Below, piece after piece: positions 50,422-60,625 of a stretch of 64,000 nt of DNA; position 1 is the stretch's first letter, and each line of letters begins with the position of its first letter. The translations under genes and the position numbers were made by a program. This DNA is from a bacterium (GTDB taxonomy: Bacteria; Zhuqueibacterota; Zhuqueibacteria; Residuimicrobiales; Krinioviventaceae), in the NCBI GenBank assembly GCA_963674595.2, contig CAXXFV010000023.1, forward strand, positions 512,001-576,000, in the 5' to 3' direction. Below the pieces are notes generated by a model. That model worked only from the letters and a program-made list of their open reading frames with translations, was not told where the DNA came from and ran no database searches.

Positions 50422-52023
50422 TTATTTATCACCCAATTCATAAAAAAACAGGGTGCTCAGACCGCGGTAACGGCCGTATCCTTCGGGTCTGTAATCGGGA
50501 GCATTCAGGATTTTTTCGGTATAGGGCATATCGAGTCCCATACGATTGTGATAGTGATTATACATGGATTCCCAAATTTCCATTGGTTTATAATCGGTTT
50601 CCAGAACGCGCTTTGCGGTTCCTTCTATACCCTTTGACAGCCTGTTGTTCTCTATGGAATAAAGATCAATGCCCTGGTTTCGGGCAATTTCGGCAATACC
50701 CGCCAATGCACCGATTCCCATTTGTTCATGTCCCTGGTCGCGCAATGTTTCCTGGGTTGTGCTGTCCTCGCGTACATAATAGGTCATTTTACCATTACCG
50801 ATACCGTTCAAATAGTAATTGACAGCGTGATCAAAAATGAATTTGTCATCCAGGCAAATGCCCATTGAAATCAAACCTTCACCGATGACGGCGTCCCAGT
50901 TGCCATTATAGGAAGGAATAAAGTTTCGTAACAACGGCCAGTAAACCGTCCTGAGCCAGTTTTCAAATACAGTTTGGTCCTGTTCCTGCCAGCCGGATGC
51001 TGTGTTTTTAAGAATTTCAGCCGCATTAGCGAATTGTATCAGTGCGTGTCCGCCTGATAATTTGTCATTCCCGCCGGTTATTTCTTTGTTTGTTGTGGAC
51101 CAGGCCCGAATAATTTCGATGGCCTTTTCCGCGTATCTGATGCTGTCTGTCAGGACCCATAATTCTGTGTTGAAAAATGCTGCTTTTGCATCTTTATTAA
51201 TTTCTTTGTGCCCGGTGCTGACACTTTTTTGATAAAAACCGGTAAAAGTCAGTTTTTCAAACGGGGAAGGCTTGTAATCTTTATGTGCAAATTCGCTTGC
51301 CAATGCATCATCAAAAGCTTCTTTCCAGGGGGATTCTCCGGCCTGGATTTTTGATTTGACAAAATTAATCTGTTCCGTTGTTACAAGAATTCCCGGATGT
51401 TTGAATGCTTTAGGTGCATAAGCAGGCGGGACCGGCGGAACATAGACCAAGCCGCCGATCATAAAACGTGGTTTTAAATTGTCATAATCTTCCACACTGC
51501 CAAAACCGAGGTTTACGCCTTTTTCTTCGGTTTTAAAACACAGGCAGATATAATAATCCTCTTTGGCAAATTTTTGTTTTACAAAGTCTGTAAAATCGAG
51601 TTCATACACTTTTTGGGGTTCGTCAAATTTTTGTGATAAAATCGCTGTTTTACCGATTGGAGGCCGTTCGTTCCAGGTAAGCTGTGTTTCATCCCAGTTA
51701 TGGTCCAGTACTTCATAAACCGAAACCGTGCCGGGTGTAATCACATCTTTTGTTTGTATGCGCAGGATGGCGCTGTCCAGCCTGGAGAATCCCGGAATAA
51801 AGTATTTCAAATAGGCCATGGAAGCGTCGTACTCGACTGTTAGAGTTTTATCCTGAGCAAAGTTTGTTGATGCTTTTTTACCGGCTTTGACCGGTGCGTC
51901 ATCGTTCGGCTCAACGCCGACGTAATCATAGGTTGGCTGCCACATGGTCCTGTCTTCTTGACGTGTGCAGAAACTTGTCATTATCAGGAGCATGAGCAGG
52001 AGAACGTTAAAAACTCTGTACAT
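50422..52023 (-). CDS. Lipoprotein with DNRLRE/CBM96-like domain and alginate-lyase-superfamily domain
   Basis: Lipobox TSFC; WDETQLTWNERP N-domain; FKHPG, NGNWD, ETLRDQGH in an alpha-barrel lyase domain. Confidence 0.75.
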   Translation of the reverse strand: MYRVFNVLLLMLLIMTSFCTRQEDRTMWQPTYDYVGVEPNDDAPVKAGKKASTNFAQDKTLTVEYDASMAYLKYFIPGFSRLDSAILRIQTKDVITPGTVSVYEVLDHNWDETQLTWNERPPIGKTAILSQKFDEPQKVYELDFTDFVKQKFAKEDYYICLCFKTEEKGVNLGFGSVEDYDNLKPRFMIGGLVYVPPVPPAYAPKAFKHPGILVTTEQINFVKSKIQAGESPWKEAFDDALASEFAHKDYKPSPFEKLTFTGFYQKSVSTGHKEINKDAKAAFFNTELWVLTDSIRYAEKAIEIIRAWSTTNKEITGGNDKLSGGHALIQFANAAEILKNTASGWQEQDQTVFENWLRTVYWPLLRNFIPSYNGNWDAVIGEGLISMGICLDDKFIFDHAVNYYLNGIGNGKMTYYVREDSTTQETLRDQGHEQMGIGALAGIAEIARNQGIDLYSIENNRLSKGIEGTAKRVLETDYKPMEIWESMYNHYHNRMGLDMPYTEKILNAPDYRPEGYGRYRGLSTLFFYELGDK

Positions 52024-52120
52024 GAAAATTCCTTTCCAGGGATATGAGTGTTGTGGTTTAAACTTTTTTAACAGTAATTTTTAAACATAGAATGACATTG
52101 ACTATTCATTTCGTCTTGAA

Positions 52121-53299
52121 CTATTTTGACGGTACTTTCCAGATCGTGCCCAGTATATCCGGACGCGAACGATTCGGATCGGGTGGTGTCATACGCTGAT
52201 CTCCGTCTTCGGGATCGGGTTGATAATATACGGTTAGTACTTTGCCGGGCTCCAGTTCAACCGACGCCGGATAGCCCAGATCTTTATTAAAAGCATCGTC
52301 CCGTAAAATAATTTCATTTTCTTTTTTCCAGGTTATACCATCATCACTGACACAAGCACGCTCGCCAAACGGCGGTTTTCTGTATCCATAACTGCATACA
52401 ACGCGTCCATCAGACAACAGCAGCAGATGCGGCGGATATCCCCACAAGGGCGTTGCATAAGGTTCAACCCATGTTTTGCCATTGTCATCAGAATAGGTGC
52501 AGTGTAATAAACAACGTGGATCGCCATCATTATAGGGTTTTGATGTTACCCTTATCATCATCACAATCCGGCCCGATGGTAACTGTAAAAGATGCGGCTC
52601 GGCGATGTTGAGACTGTCCGGTTGGGGAGAAGATATCAGGGCAATTCGCTGCCAATCTTCTTCCGGTGATGCGGTTGAATAGACACCGATTTGCGGTGAG
52701 TCCAACCGATACGCCGCAATCAGCAATGTCCCGTCAGGAAGCTGAATACCGCCATGACATGAATCTTTGCCGTATTTCAGGTCTGTCCATGAATGGCCAT
52801 TGTCCTCAGATATGCGGCTTGATTCACCCTCATAAATGTGGGCATTTTTATAGGCCGGTTTTTCTACATGCTCCACCCAACGATCAATCATGTCCTGTTC
52901 GTATGAATTTGGACCCAAATTTTTGTATTTTTCAGATGTCCAAAAGGAAGTCCAATTATGGGTGATAATGCGTCCGTCGTTTAGTACTGAGAAACCCGGT
53001 TCTCTGTCATCAATCGGTGTATCAAGGACAATTGCCGGCATCTGCCATGTTTCGCCATTATCTGTGGAACGGCAGGTCACAATTTTTCCATCCGGTCCAA
53101 GGTGTTCTTCGTTAATGCAAAATGAAACCAACAAGTCCCCATTTGCAGCCCGAAGTATGTCCGGCCAGGCGCAGTATTCATCATGGCTAGCATAAACTTT
53201 AATGTGTTTGATGATGGGACTCGTTTCTCTGGTGGATTGACAATTTAACCATATTATGGCAAAGAGTACCAGGAATATAGCGGGCAGTTTTGTTTTCAC
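52121..53299 (-). CDS. BNR/Asp-box sialidase-like protein, lipoprotein
   Basis: Four Asp boxes (STDNGETW, SEDNGHSW, SDDNGKTW, SDDGITW); DLGYP; lacks the canonical FRIP motif. Confidence 0.8.
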   Translation of the reverse strand: MKTKLPAIFLVLFAIIWLNCQSTRETSPIIKHIKVYASHDEYCAWPDILRAANGDLLVSFCINEEHLGPDGKIVTCRSTDNGETWQMPAIVLDTPIDDREPGFSVLNDGRIITHNWTSFWTSEKYKNLGPNSYEQDMIDRWVEHVEKPAYKNAHIYEGESSRISEDNGHSWTDLKYGKDSCHGGIQLPDGTLLIAAYRLDSPQIGVYSTASPEEDWQRIALISSPQPDSLNIAEPHLLQLPSGRIVMMIRVTSKPYNDGDPRCLLHCTYSDDNGKTWVEPYATPLWGYPPHLLLLSDGRVVCSYGYRKPPFGERACVSDDGITWKKENEIILRDDAFNKDLGYPASVELEPGKVLTVYYQPDPEDGDQRMTPPDPNRSRPDILGTIWKVPSK

Positions 53300-53402
53300 A
53301 GGAACCTCCGGTTTGGGATGAGTGTTGTGTCTGGATAGTCGGTTATTTTAAATTTCGGATATACCAGGCAGTACAATTCATTAATTTATATTGACTCTAA
53401 AT

Positions 53403-54326
53403 TTATTGTGATAACGATTTCAACCAATCAATGCAGCGGTCTGTCCACGTGTCCAGGTAACCTTTGCCGATTGCCAGCGAAAAGCCATGTCCGCCCTGGG
53501 GATAGATATGCATTTCTGTCGGTACATCGTTGTCGTTTAAGGCTTTGTAAAAAATCAGGCTGTTTTCAATGGGCACTGATTTGTCATCACCGGCATGCAC
53601 GATAAAGGTCGGAGGTGTATCGGGTGTGACATGCAATTCGTTGGAATAATAATTAACCAACGTAGAGTCCGGATTTTCACCCAATAATGTTTTCCGTGAA
53701 CCACTGTGTGTAAAAGATTTTGTAAGCGTGATGACAGGGTATAATAAAATCATAAAATCAGGTCTGCAACTCAACATATCTATCGGGTCTGATGCATCGG
53801 GATTCCCTGAATCGTAATGGGTCCCTGCTGTCGAGGCAAGATGGCCTCCGGCTGAAAAACCCATAATACCGATTTTATCTTTGGAGATATTCCATTCTTT
53901 AGCATGGAATCGTGTCAACCGGATGGCTCGCTGCGCGTCAAGTAATGGAGATTTGTGTCCGACAATATTACTTTTTGATCCGGGTAAACGATATTTTAAA
54001 ACAATGGCGGCAATTCCTTTAGAGTTTAGCCATTTGGCAATATCCGTACCCTCCCAATCATAGCATACAACTCTGTATCCACCTCCGGGGCAAACAACCA
54101 CAGCCTGACCGGTGGCATTCTTTTTGGACGGTAAAAAAACTGAAATTTCCGGTTTTTGCACAAGACTGAACATAACAATGTCTGTTGTTTCCCGGATCTT
54201 AACCTGATCTGTTTTTTGATAATTGGGAATGTTTTCCGACCATAACGGTAGAATATAACTTTGTCCGAAACAAATTGTGTTCAGGAGTAAAAAAGCAGTG
54301 ATACAAAGGGAATATTTAATCATCAT
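53403..54326 (-). CDS. Alpha/beta hydrolase (carbohydrate esterase-like), secreted
   Basis: CPGGGY, GFSAGG nucleophile, DDKSV, GGHGF. Confidence 0.9.
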   Translation of the reverse strand: MMIKYSLCITAFLLLNTICFGQSYILPLWSENIPNYQKTDQVKIRETTDIVMFSLVQKPEISVFLPSKKNATGQAVVVCPGGGYRVVCYDWEGTDIAKWLNSKGIAAIVLKYRLPGSKSNIVGHKSPLLDAQRAIRLTRFHAKEWNISKDKIGIMGFSAGGHLASTAGTHYDSGNPDASDPIDMLSCRPDFMILLYPVITLTKSFTHSGSRKTLLGENPDSTLVNYYSNELHVTPDTPPTFIVHAGDDKSVPIENSLIFYKALNDNDVPTEMHIYPQGGHGFSLAIGKGYLDTWTDRCIDWLKSLSQ

Positions 54327-54569
54327 TCAACGTGCCTTTCTGGTTTAGCAAAGGTTACGGGGTTTTTTCGGTAATAAGCAGAATACAATTTTACCGGGTG
54401 GATTGAACAGATCATCGGTATTTTATTTTAAAATTTTTAATCTGGTGGTTATTTCAAGGATTTATGTTATGTTAAAAAGATATGAAAAAAAGACTTGAAA
54501 AACAGGATTTTTTCTGTTAAACGTCTTTTTTTCATAACGGTTGGATCTTATTTGTCCCCTTGATATTTC

Positions 54570-56816
54570 CTATTGTGCCGGCGGCAAAGGATCTGTTCCC
54601 CATTTTTTATTTGGACGAGGTCCCATTTGTAATTCCAGTTCAGCGCCGTCTATAATTTCTTTGTGTGTAATCCATGTCCTTGTCAATGGTTTTCCGTTTA
54701 TTGTTGCCGATTGGATATATTTATTCTGACGCGAATTGTTATGAGCTTTAATCGTAAATGACCGGCCGTTTGCCAGGCTGATGCTGATTTCTTTAAACAG
54801 AGGTGAGCCGATAATATAGACCGGTTGACCCGGACAGACAGGGTAGAAACCCATTGCTGAAAATACATACCAGGCAGACATGGCACCGCCGTCTTCATCC
54901 CCGCAGATTCCCATTAAATCGTTTCTGAACCAGGTATTCATCAACTGTCGTAACCGTTTCTGGCTTTTCCACGGTGCACCTGCATAGACATATAAATAGG
55001 GCACATGAAAACTCTGTTCGTTTCCCATAACAAACTGACCTACAAGTCCGGTGCCATCCGGAATTTCGCTGTGTTGTGTCCATCGGCAATAGCCAAATAA
55101 AGGTTCATTAAATAACTGGTCCAACCGGTTTATAAATTGTTTATTTCCGCCCATCAAATCGATCAGTCCCGCCACATCCTGTTGTACGTGGAACGAATAG
55201 GTCCATGAACTGATTTCTGCAAAATAGTCCCGACAACCGGTCCCGCCCGAACGTTTCGGATCAAACGGCTCAACCCAGGCACCATCGGCTGTTTTCGGAG
55301 ACATGAATCCGGTTTGCGGATTATATACATTTTTATAATTGTAACCGCGATTTTTCAAGAGAGTATAGTCATCTGTTTTGTTTAAGGATTGCGCAAGTTG
55401 GGCCAGGCACCATTCATCATAGGCGTGTTCCAGGGTTACGGCAACAGCCTGTCGTTTTTCAAAATCACTGACAGTTTTTACTGTTTCCGGTGTGCCCGGA
55501 GCAAGCGCCGGGAAATAGCCATGTTCCCTGTAAAAAGAGTCCAGTTCTGTGGCCTTGCCTTCCTGCCAGGGAACCATGGTTCCCGTTGCGGCATTTTTAT
55601 ACAAACCCTCGTAGGCAGAATCCATATCAAAATTTCGTAATCCTTTGAGCCATGCATCGGCGATGATTGCTGCCTGATGATGTCCGATCATACATTTACG
55701 ATCACCAAAAATTTGAGGAAAAGTCGGCATCCAGCCGCTCTGCTGATACATACGGACATAGGACTGAATAATATCTTGTTCCATGTCGGGATTTAACAAA
55801 ATCCGCAGCGGATGGTGAGCACGATAGGAATCCCAGCTCCAGTCATCTATATAAAAATCCCTGTCATCGCTATGGATTTTGTTGTCATAGGCACTGAAAT
55901 ATTTACCGTCCTCAGAGACGTTAACCATCCGTTCCAGGCATCGGTACAACGCTGAATAAAAAGCTGTTTTTTCATCATCCGTGCCGCCTTTTACCTGAAT
56001 TTTCCCCAACTCGCTGTTCCATTTTTCTTTGGCAGTCTGTTTGGTTTTTGTAAATGACCATTCAGGTATCTCATTTTCAAGGTTTATTCGAGCCTGGTCT
56101 ATGCTGATATAAGAGACACCGTATTTCATTTCAATGGTATCTGTCGGCAGCGTATTAAACGTAATAACGGCTTTTACATTATTACCGTTAACCTGGTTTT
56201 TTGAATTTTGCGGGGTATCGGCTTTGTACACATTATGAGAAACAAAGGATTTGTTAAAATTTATATAAACGAATTGTTGAACACCCTCGAATGATTCCAT
56301 TGCGCGGATTGATGTGTCATCAATAATATGAAATTCTGCATTGTCTTCACCATTCAGAACAAGATGGGATTCTTCCGGTTTTGTAAAGGAGAAACGATAA
56401 TATGCACAACGTTCCGTTGGTGTCAATTCCACATTGATATCATCATCTCCAAGGGTCACGGCATAATAATAGGGCTTTGCCGTTTCAAAATCATGATCAT
56501 ATTCCAAAGCCATTGCTTCAGGGTCGAAAACAAGTTCACCGGATACCGGCATGACAGACATAATATAACGATAACGGTGGGCCGGGCAGTTTATAGGAAA
56601 TCCATAGATTTTTGAGGCGAGATAGGTGTCTGAAATTCCCGGGGTTGTAATCGGTATAATCCGCACCATACTGTTCGGAATGTGTATTGTTGTAAATGTC
56701 GGCTGCAAAAGATGACTAATCGCACCGATATGAACATTTACGTTATCAACAATATCTTTAGCATTTGTTGTTGATGAAAAAAATATAAAAATTACAATTA
56801 AAATTATCTTTTTCAC
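54570..56816 (-). CDS. GH92 alpha-mannosidase family protein
   Basis: WDSYRA, CMIG, TLEHAYD, GNEQSFH, GDEDGGAMSAWYVFSAMGFYPV. Confidence 0.93.
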   Translation of the reverse strand: MKKIILIVIFIFFSSTTNAKDIVDNVNVHIGAISHLLQPTFTTIHIPNSMVRIIPITTPGISDTYLASKIYGFPINCPAHRYRYIMSVMPVSGELVFDPEAMALEYDHDFETAKPYYYAVTLGDDDINVELTPTERCAYYRFSFTKPEESHLVLNGEDNAEFHIIDDTSIRAMESFEGVQQFVYINFNKSFVSHNVYKADTPQNSKNQVNGNNVKAVITFNTLPTDTIEMKYGVSYISIDQARINLENEIPEWSFTKTKQTAKEKWNSELGKIQVKGGTDDEKTAFYSALYRCLERMVNVSEDGKYFSAYDNKIHSDDRDFYIDDWSWDSYRAHHPLRILLNPDMEQDIIQSYVRMYQQSGWMPTFPQIFGDRKCMIGHHQAAIIADAWLKGLRNFDMDSAYEGLYKNAATGTMVPWQEGKATELDSFYREHGYFPALAPGTPETVKTVSDFEKRQAVAVTLEHAYDEWCLAQLAQSLNKTDDYTLLKNRGYNYKNVYNPQTGFMSPKTADGAWVEPFDPKRSGGTGCRDYFAEISSWTYSFHVQQDVAGLIDLMGGNKQFINRLDQLFNEPLFGYCRWTQHSEIPDGTGLVGQFVMGNEQSFHVPYLYVYAGAPWKSQKRLRQLMNTWFRNDLMGICGDEDGGAMSAWYVFSAMGFYPVCPGQPVYIIGSPLFKEISISLANGRSFTIKAHNNSRQNKYIQSATINGKPLTRTWITHKEIIDGAELELQMGPRPNKKWGTDPLPPAQ

Positions 56817-56833
56817 AGTTTATTCCTTTATAA

Positions 56834-59440
56834 TTATCCGTTAGCAGGCCACCATTCCGGATTAGATGGTTCCAGAATTCCTTCTTCGATTGCGATTCCG
56901 TACATCGGGCCAAAACAGCCGATGAGTGTCCCTTCGTATCCGGTCGGTAATCCTTCCCATGACCGAAATTCATGTCCGGAGCCATGTCCGCCGTTAAAAA
57001 TGCCATCGGCATATCCTTCAGCAAGCTCTTTAGCCAAATTTTTTGCCCGGTCTGTTAATCCATGGATTGCTAAAGCTCTTAAATAATAAGTGGCCGGCCA
57101 TCCGCTGACACTTCCATCCGTATAGGTTTCAAAAGTCGGCAGATTATCATTTAAAATTTTGGGTAACATGTGATCGTCATCGCGAATAGGGAGCAGGTTG
57201 CAGGGTAATCCGATGCGGGCTGTTCCAGGTCCTGCATTGTCCCGTAATTCTTCCAAAGCTAAAAGTGCTTTTTTAGTCAGGGGTTTTTCCAACAAACCAA
57301 AGGCAATGGCAATGCCGTTTACCCATATAAAGGCATAATCGTGAAGTTGCTCGTCACGACTGCGCCAACCAGCGACCCAGCCTGTTTTTGGATTTAAAAG
57401 TACTTTGGCATAATTTTGAGATAAATTTTTTGCTGCTTTTCGGCATTCACGAACCAGGTCACGATGATTCGAAAGATCATCCAACATTGCTGCTGCGTTT
57501 CGAAACGCACGATAGGCCCAGGCATTGACATATCCGTCAATATGTCCAAATCCAACGACATCCATTGCGTTGGAACTCCAGCGATAAGAACCCGAGTTGC
57601 CGCTCAGTTCTTTGCAAATCAGCATACCATTATTTCCGATTTGGCTCAACATTCTGGTAATGGTATTTAAAAGACCGGGTTCAATGTGTTTTAACCATTT
57701 TATATCCGGATTGGCCTGATGAATCCGTCCGGCAGCAGAAACAAGCACCGGATCAGAGTCAAGATAAAGATTACGCCAATACCCATATCCGCCGCCGTCC
57801 AATATCGCTCTGCCGACTGTAAACCTGGCGAGATCAAGAGGATTAGGCCCATAAGCAGGTCGCTTTGTATGAGCAACTATTTCAATGGGGGTGCCTTGTG
57901 ATAAATGGCAATTTACTGAAGCCGAATGATTGGAGAATCCTCTGTATTCCGGTCTAAAGCAGGAGAAAACCGTACCCCAGTGTTTTTTAAGGCCATCACT
58001 CGGTTCCGGCGAGTTTTGTTTATTTATCGGTTCAAAGTTATCGAGAGCCAGTTCAAAAACAGCTTGCTTCTTGCCGGTGGGAACAACCTGACAATGGTTT
58101 TCTCCGGGATGTTTACCAAAGACAAAACCACTGGTTACGCATTCTTCAAAACGGTAACTCTCAGCTTGTAATCTTGTTTCCTGTGGGTCGCCGTTTACAA
58201 GACGGCATGATAAACATCCGTTTCCGTCACTTGCCCACATTGCCGGCAGCATTATATCGCCGTTTCGTCCCGGTTTCAGGGTCGGCGTACCGGCCAGGCC
58301 TGTGATCCCCTTGGTTATGTCCCATGCCAGTCTCCATGACTCTGCTTCGATAACAGGAATTTTCTCGTTGCAGGTTTGCGAAAGTTCAACTTTTAAATGA
58401 TCACTTTCCACTGTAAAGATTGCATCGATTTTTAACCCATCGAATACGTGGAGATTCTCATATATAATACGGTTGCCATCCACGGATACATCTCCGGTCC
58501 AGAGATGTGCCGGATAATCTCCGTACAAAGTCCGCAGCAATGGACCGCTTACACCACCCATTTTTTTGTCTTTTTGTGGTTGTCTTGAGGCAAAAAGCCG
58601 ATTTTTATGAGCATTTTCGCCACCGATAATGTCCCATCCTAGATGCATAAGAACCGGGCGGTATAGTGAAAACCCAACTGAAAAATATTTACCTTTATAA
58701 AGAAGCATATCCGGTAAATCAAAAATTCCCATTCCTTTTGGGGCGATAGGATTGATTTTTTTCTGATATAATATTGGTTTGTGCTCTACTTTGACGGAAT
58801 GCATGTTCGAATATTTCCCGTACGCTTTAATTTTATTCAAAATTCCAAAAGGAACGTTAAAAATTCCTCCGTTACATTCTCCATGATTCGGCCAGACCTC
58901 ATGTTCTCGATCGCAGATAATTCTCAAATGGTCCGTTTTTAGCTCCAGGGGAATCTTGAACGGTGGTTCTTTTAAAACACGATTTAAATGTTCATTCATT
59001 TTTTCAATCGACATATTTTGTGATAAACCTTTTCCTGATATCCTTTCATCAACCGGAAGGTTAATTTCGTGGACTGTTTGCCACAGAAGGGTCTTGCGAT
59101 CCAATATTGAAAAAATAATGTGAGCCGGATGGGCCGGCACATCCGGTACCCATCTACCATATACCAGTTTACCAAGTTCAACGTGATTTAAATGGACAGA
59201 TTTATTAAAACGTAAATATTTAATGCATGTTTGTCCATCAATTTTAATTCCCAGCTTTGGATTCATAACATGTTGAATGCCGCCGTGTGTAATGGCATCG
59301 TCAGCCAGATGTTCATACTTGATTTTTTTCGGTTGAGTTTTAGAATCATCATGAGATAAAGCATTTTCAGGCAGCGCCGTTGCTGCCAGGGCTGCTATTC
59401 CTGTTTTTAATACCTGACGTCGATTCATCTTTGAGTCCAT
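56834..59440 (-). CDS. Tat-exported protein with C-terminal (alpha/alpha)6 glycoside hydrolase-like domain
   Basis: MNRRQVLK Tat signal; DVVGFGHIDGYVNAWAYRAF...A..L and NGIAIAFGL, YTDG, GYEG pattern as in six-hairpin glycosidases. Confidence 0.6.
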   Translation of the reverse strand: MDSKMNRRQVLKTGIAALAATALPENALSHDDSKTQPKKIKYEHLADDAITHGGIQHVMNPKLGIKIDGQTCIKYLRFNKSVHLNHVELGKLVYGRWVPDVPAHPAHIIFSILDRKTLLWQTVHEINLPVDERISGKGLSQNMSIEKMNEHLNRVLKEPPFKIPLELKTDHLRIICDREHEVWPNHGECNGGIFNVPFGILNKIKAYGKYSNMHSVKVEHKPILYQKKINPIAPKGMGIFDLPDMLLYKGKYFSVGFSLYRPVLMHLGWDIIGGENAHKNRLFASRQPQKDKKMGGVSGPLLRTLYGDYPAHLWTGDVSVDGNRIIYENLHVFDGLKIDAIFTVESDHLKVELSQTCNEKIPVIEAESWRLAWDITKGITGLAGTPTLKPGRNGDIMLPAMWASDGNGCLSCRLVNGDPQETRLQAESYRFEECVTSGFVFGKHPGENHCQVVPTGKKQAVFELALDNFEPINKQNSPEPSDGLKKHWGTVFSCFRPEYRGFSNHSASVNCHLSQGTPIEIVAHTKRPAYGPNPLDLARFTVGRAILDGGGYGYWRNLYLDSDPVLVSAAGRIHQANPDIKWLKHIEPGLLNTITRMLSQIGNNGMLICKELSGNSGSYRWSSNAMDVVGFGHIDGYVNAWAYRAFRNAAAMLDDLSNHRDLVRECRKAAKNLSQNYAKVLLNPKTGWVAGWRSRDEQLHDYAFIWVNGIAIAFGLLEKPLTKKALLALEELRDNAGPGTARIGLPCNLLPIRDDDHMLPKILNDNLPTFETYTDGSVSGWPATYYLRALAIHGLTDRAKNLAKELAEGYADGIFNGGHGSGHEFRSWEGLPTGYEGTLIGCFGPMYGIAIEEGILEPSNPEWWPANG

Positions 59441-59650
59441 ATTACTGCCTTTTATTTTTTTGTACTTGAAGAAAAGTATATTTATTGTCTACCAGACAAT
59501 GGAATTAAAATGTTTTGACGTGTTCTCAAATGAAATTCATTTTAATGTGTGCAAAAAACCGTGTTTTATCACGAACGATGAGTAAAGGAATGTGTCAGGA
59601 TTGTCTGTAAGCTCATAACTGTTTTAAAAACCAACTGTTTATGGTTGACA

Positions 59651-59693
59651 GTAAATAATACAAATCATGCCTGAACAACGCAAGAAATTTTTT
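59651..59693 (-). promoter_or_regulatory. Sigma70-type promoter, family copy P7, heading the CAZyme cluster
   Basis: AAAAAATTTC-TTGCGT-17 bp (ends TG)-TATTAT-TTAC. Confidence 0.7.
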
Positions 59694-59947
59694 AACAATT
59701 TATTAGAAAAATACATTTGAATTAGGTTTCGTTTTTATAATTATTCTCATAAGGAACCATTACTATTCCGTATTTAATACAAATTATTTTTTGTACATAA
59801 GGAATAATTTTAAAAACAATTGTAAACATAAAGATAGTGCTTGCCATTTATTAGATAATTCTTTATTTTAAAAAAGTTTAGTTTGTACTTTTTGTTTTTG
59901 AGTGATAAATAGTTCTTTATATAAATTCGTTTTAATGAGGAATTAAT

Positions 59948-60517
59948 ATGCTTGTTCTGATGATTCTACTGGGCCTTGTTATTGCCGTAATTTTGTTGAT
60001 TTTAATACTTTCATCAAACTCAAAAAAAACAAAACCTGACTTTCATCAGGAACCCCTCAAGCCATTATCAGCAGAAGACATTCGTAAATTCTATACAATT
60101 GATGGTCAATATTTCCCGCCGGAAAGTTTAACAAAGAGATCAATTGATGAGGTAATAGCCAACTCACGTTTAAAATTGGTGCGTGGTAGCGATGTTCAAT
60201 CACTTCATCCTATTGGTCATGAAGGATTATTTTACGTTTTTAACGATCGTGGTAATTTGGAAGAAATTTGTATTTCTGCAGATTATAACACTGATTTTTT
60301 CGGGATAAGTACAGGGTATCCGGAAAGGGTGCTGCAGCAGCTTGGGTATGAAATGAAAATGCAAAAAGTTGCAGGCAGCCGAAATACACCTACAAAAATG
60401 CAGTATTGGGTAAAAGGAGAACATTACGTTGTGATAAGCCGGGTTGGCGCTAGTCGCAAAGGCGGAGTTTTAACAGAAATGATGTACACGTCCGGTGCTT
60501 TACCTAAAAAACTATAA
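59948..60517 (+). CDS. Hypothetical protein with N-terminal membrane anchor
   Basis: GAGG RBS; hydrophobic N-terminal helix; no family recognised. Confidence 0.6.
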   Translation: MLVLMILLGLVIAVILLILILSSNSKKTKPDFHQEPLKPLSAEDIRKFYTIDGQYFPPESLTKRSIDEVIANSRLKLVRGSDVQSLHPIGHEGLFYVFNDRGNLEEICISADYNTDFFGISTGYPERVLQQLGYEMKMQKVAGSRNTPTKMQYWVKGEHYVVISRVGASRKGGVLTEMMYTSGALPKKL

Positions 60518-60625
60518 CCATCAAGTTAGCGGCTTGATGCTTCATATCAAGGGTTGTTTTTATTTGTCCTGTTCAAGCATTTGTTATTAATTTAACAGGG
60601 ATCGTTTTTTTTGAGGGAATAACAA

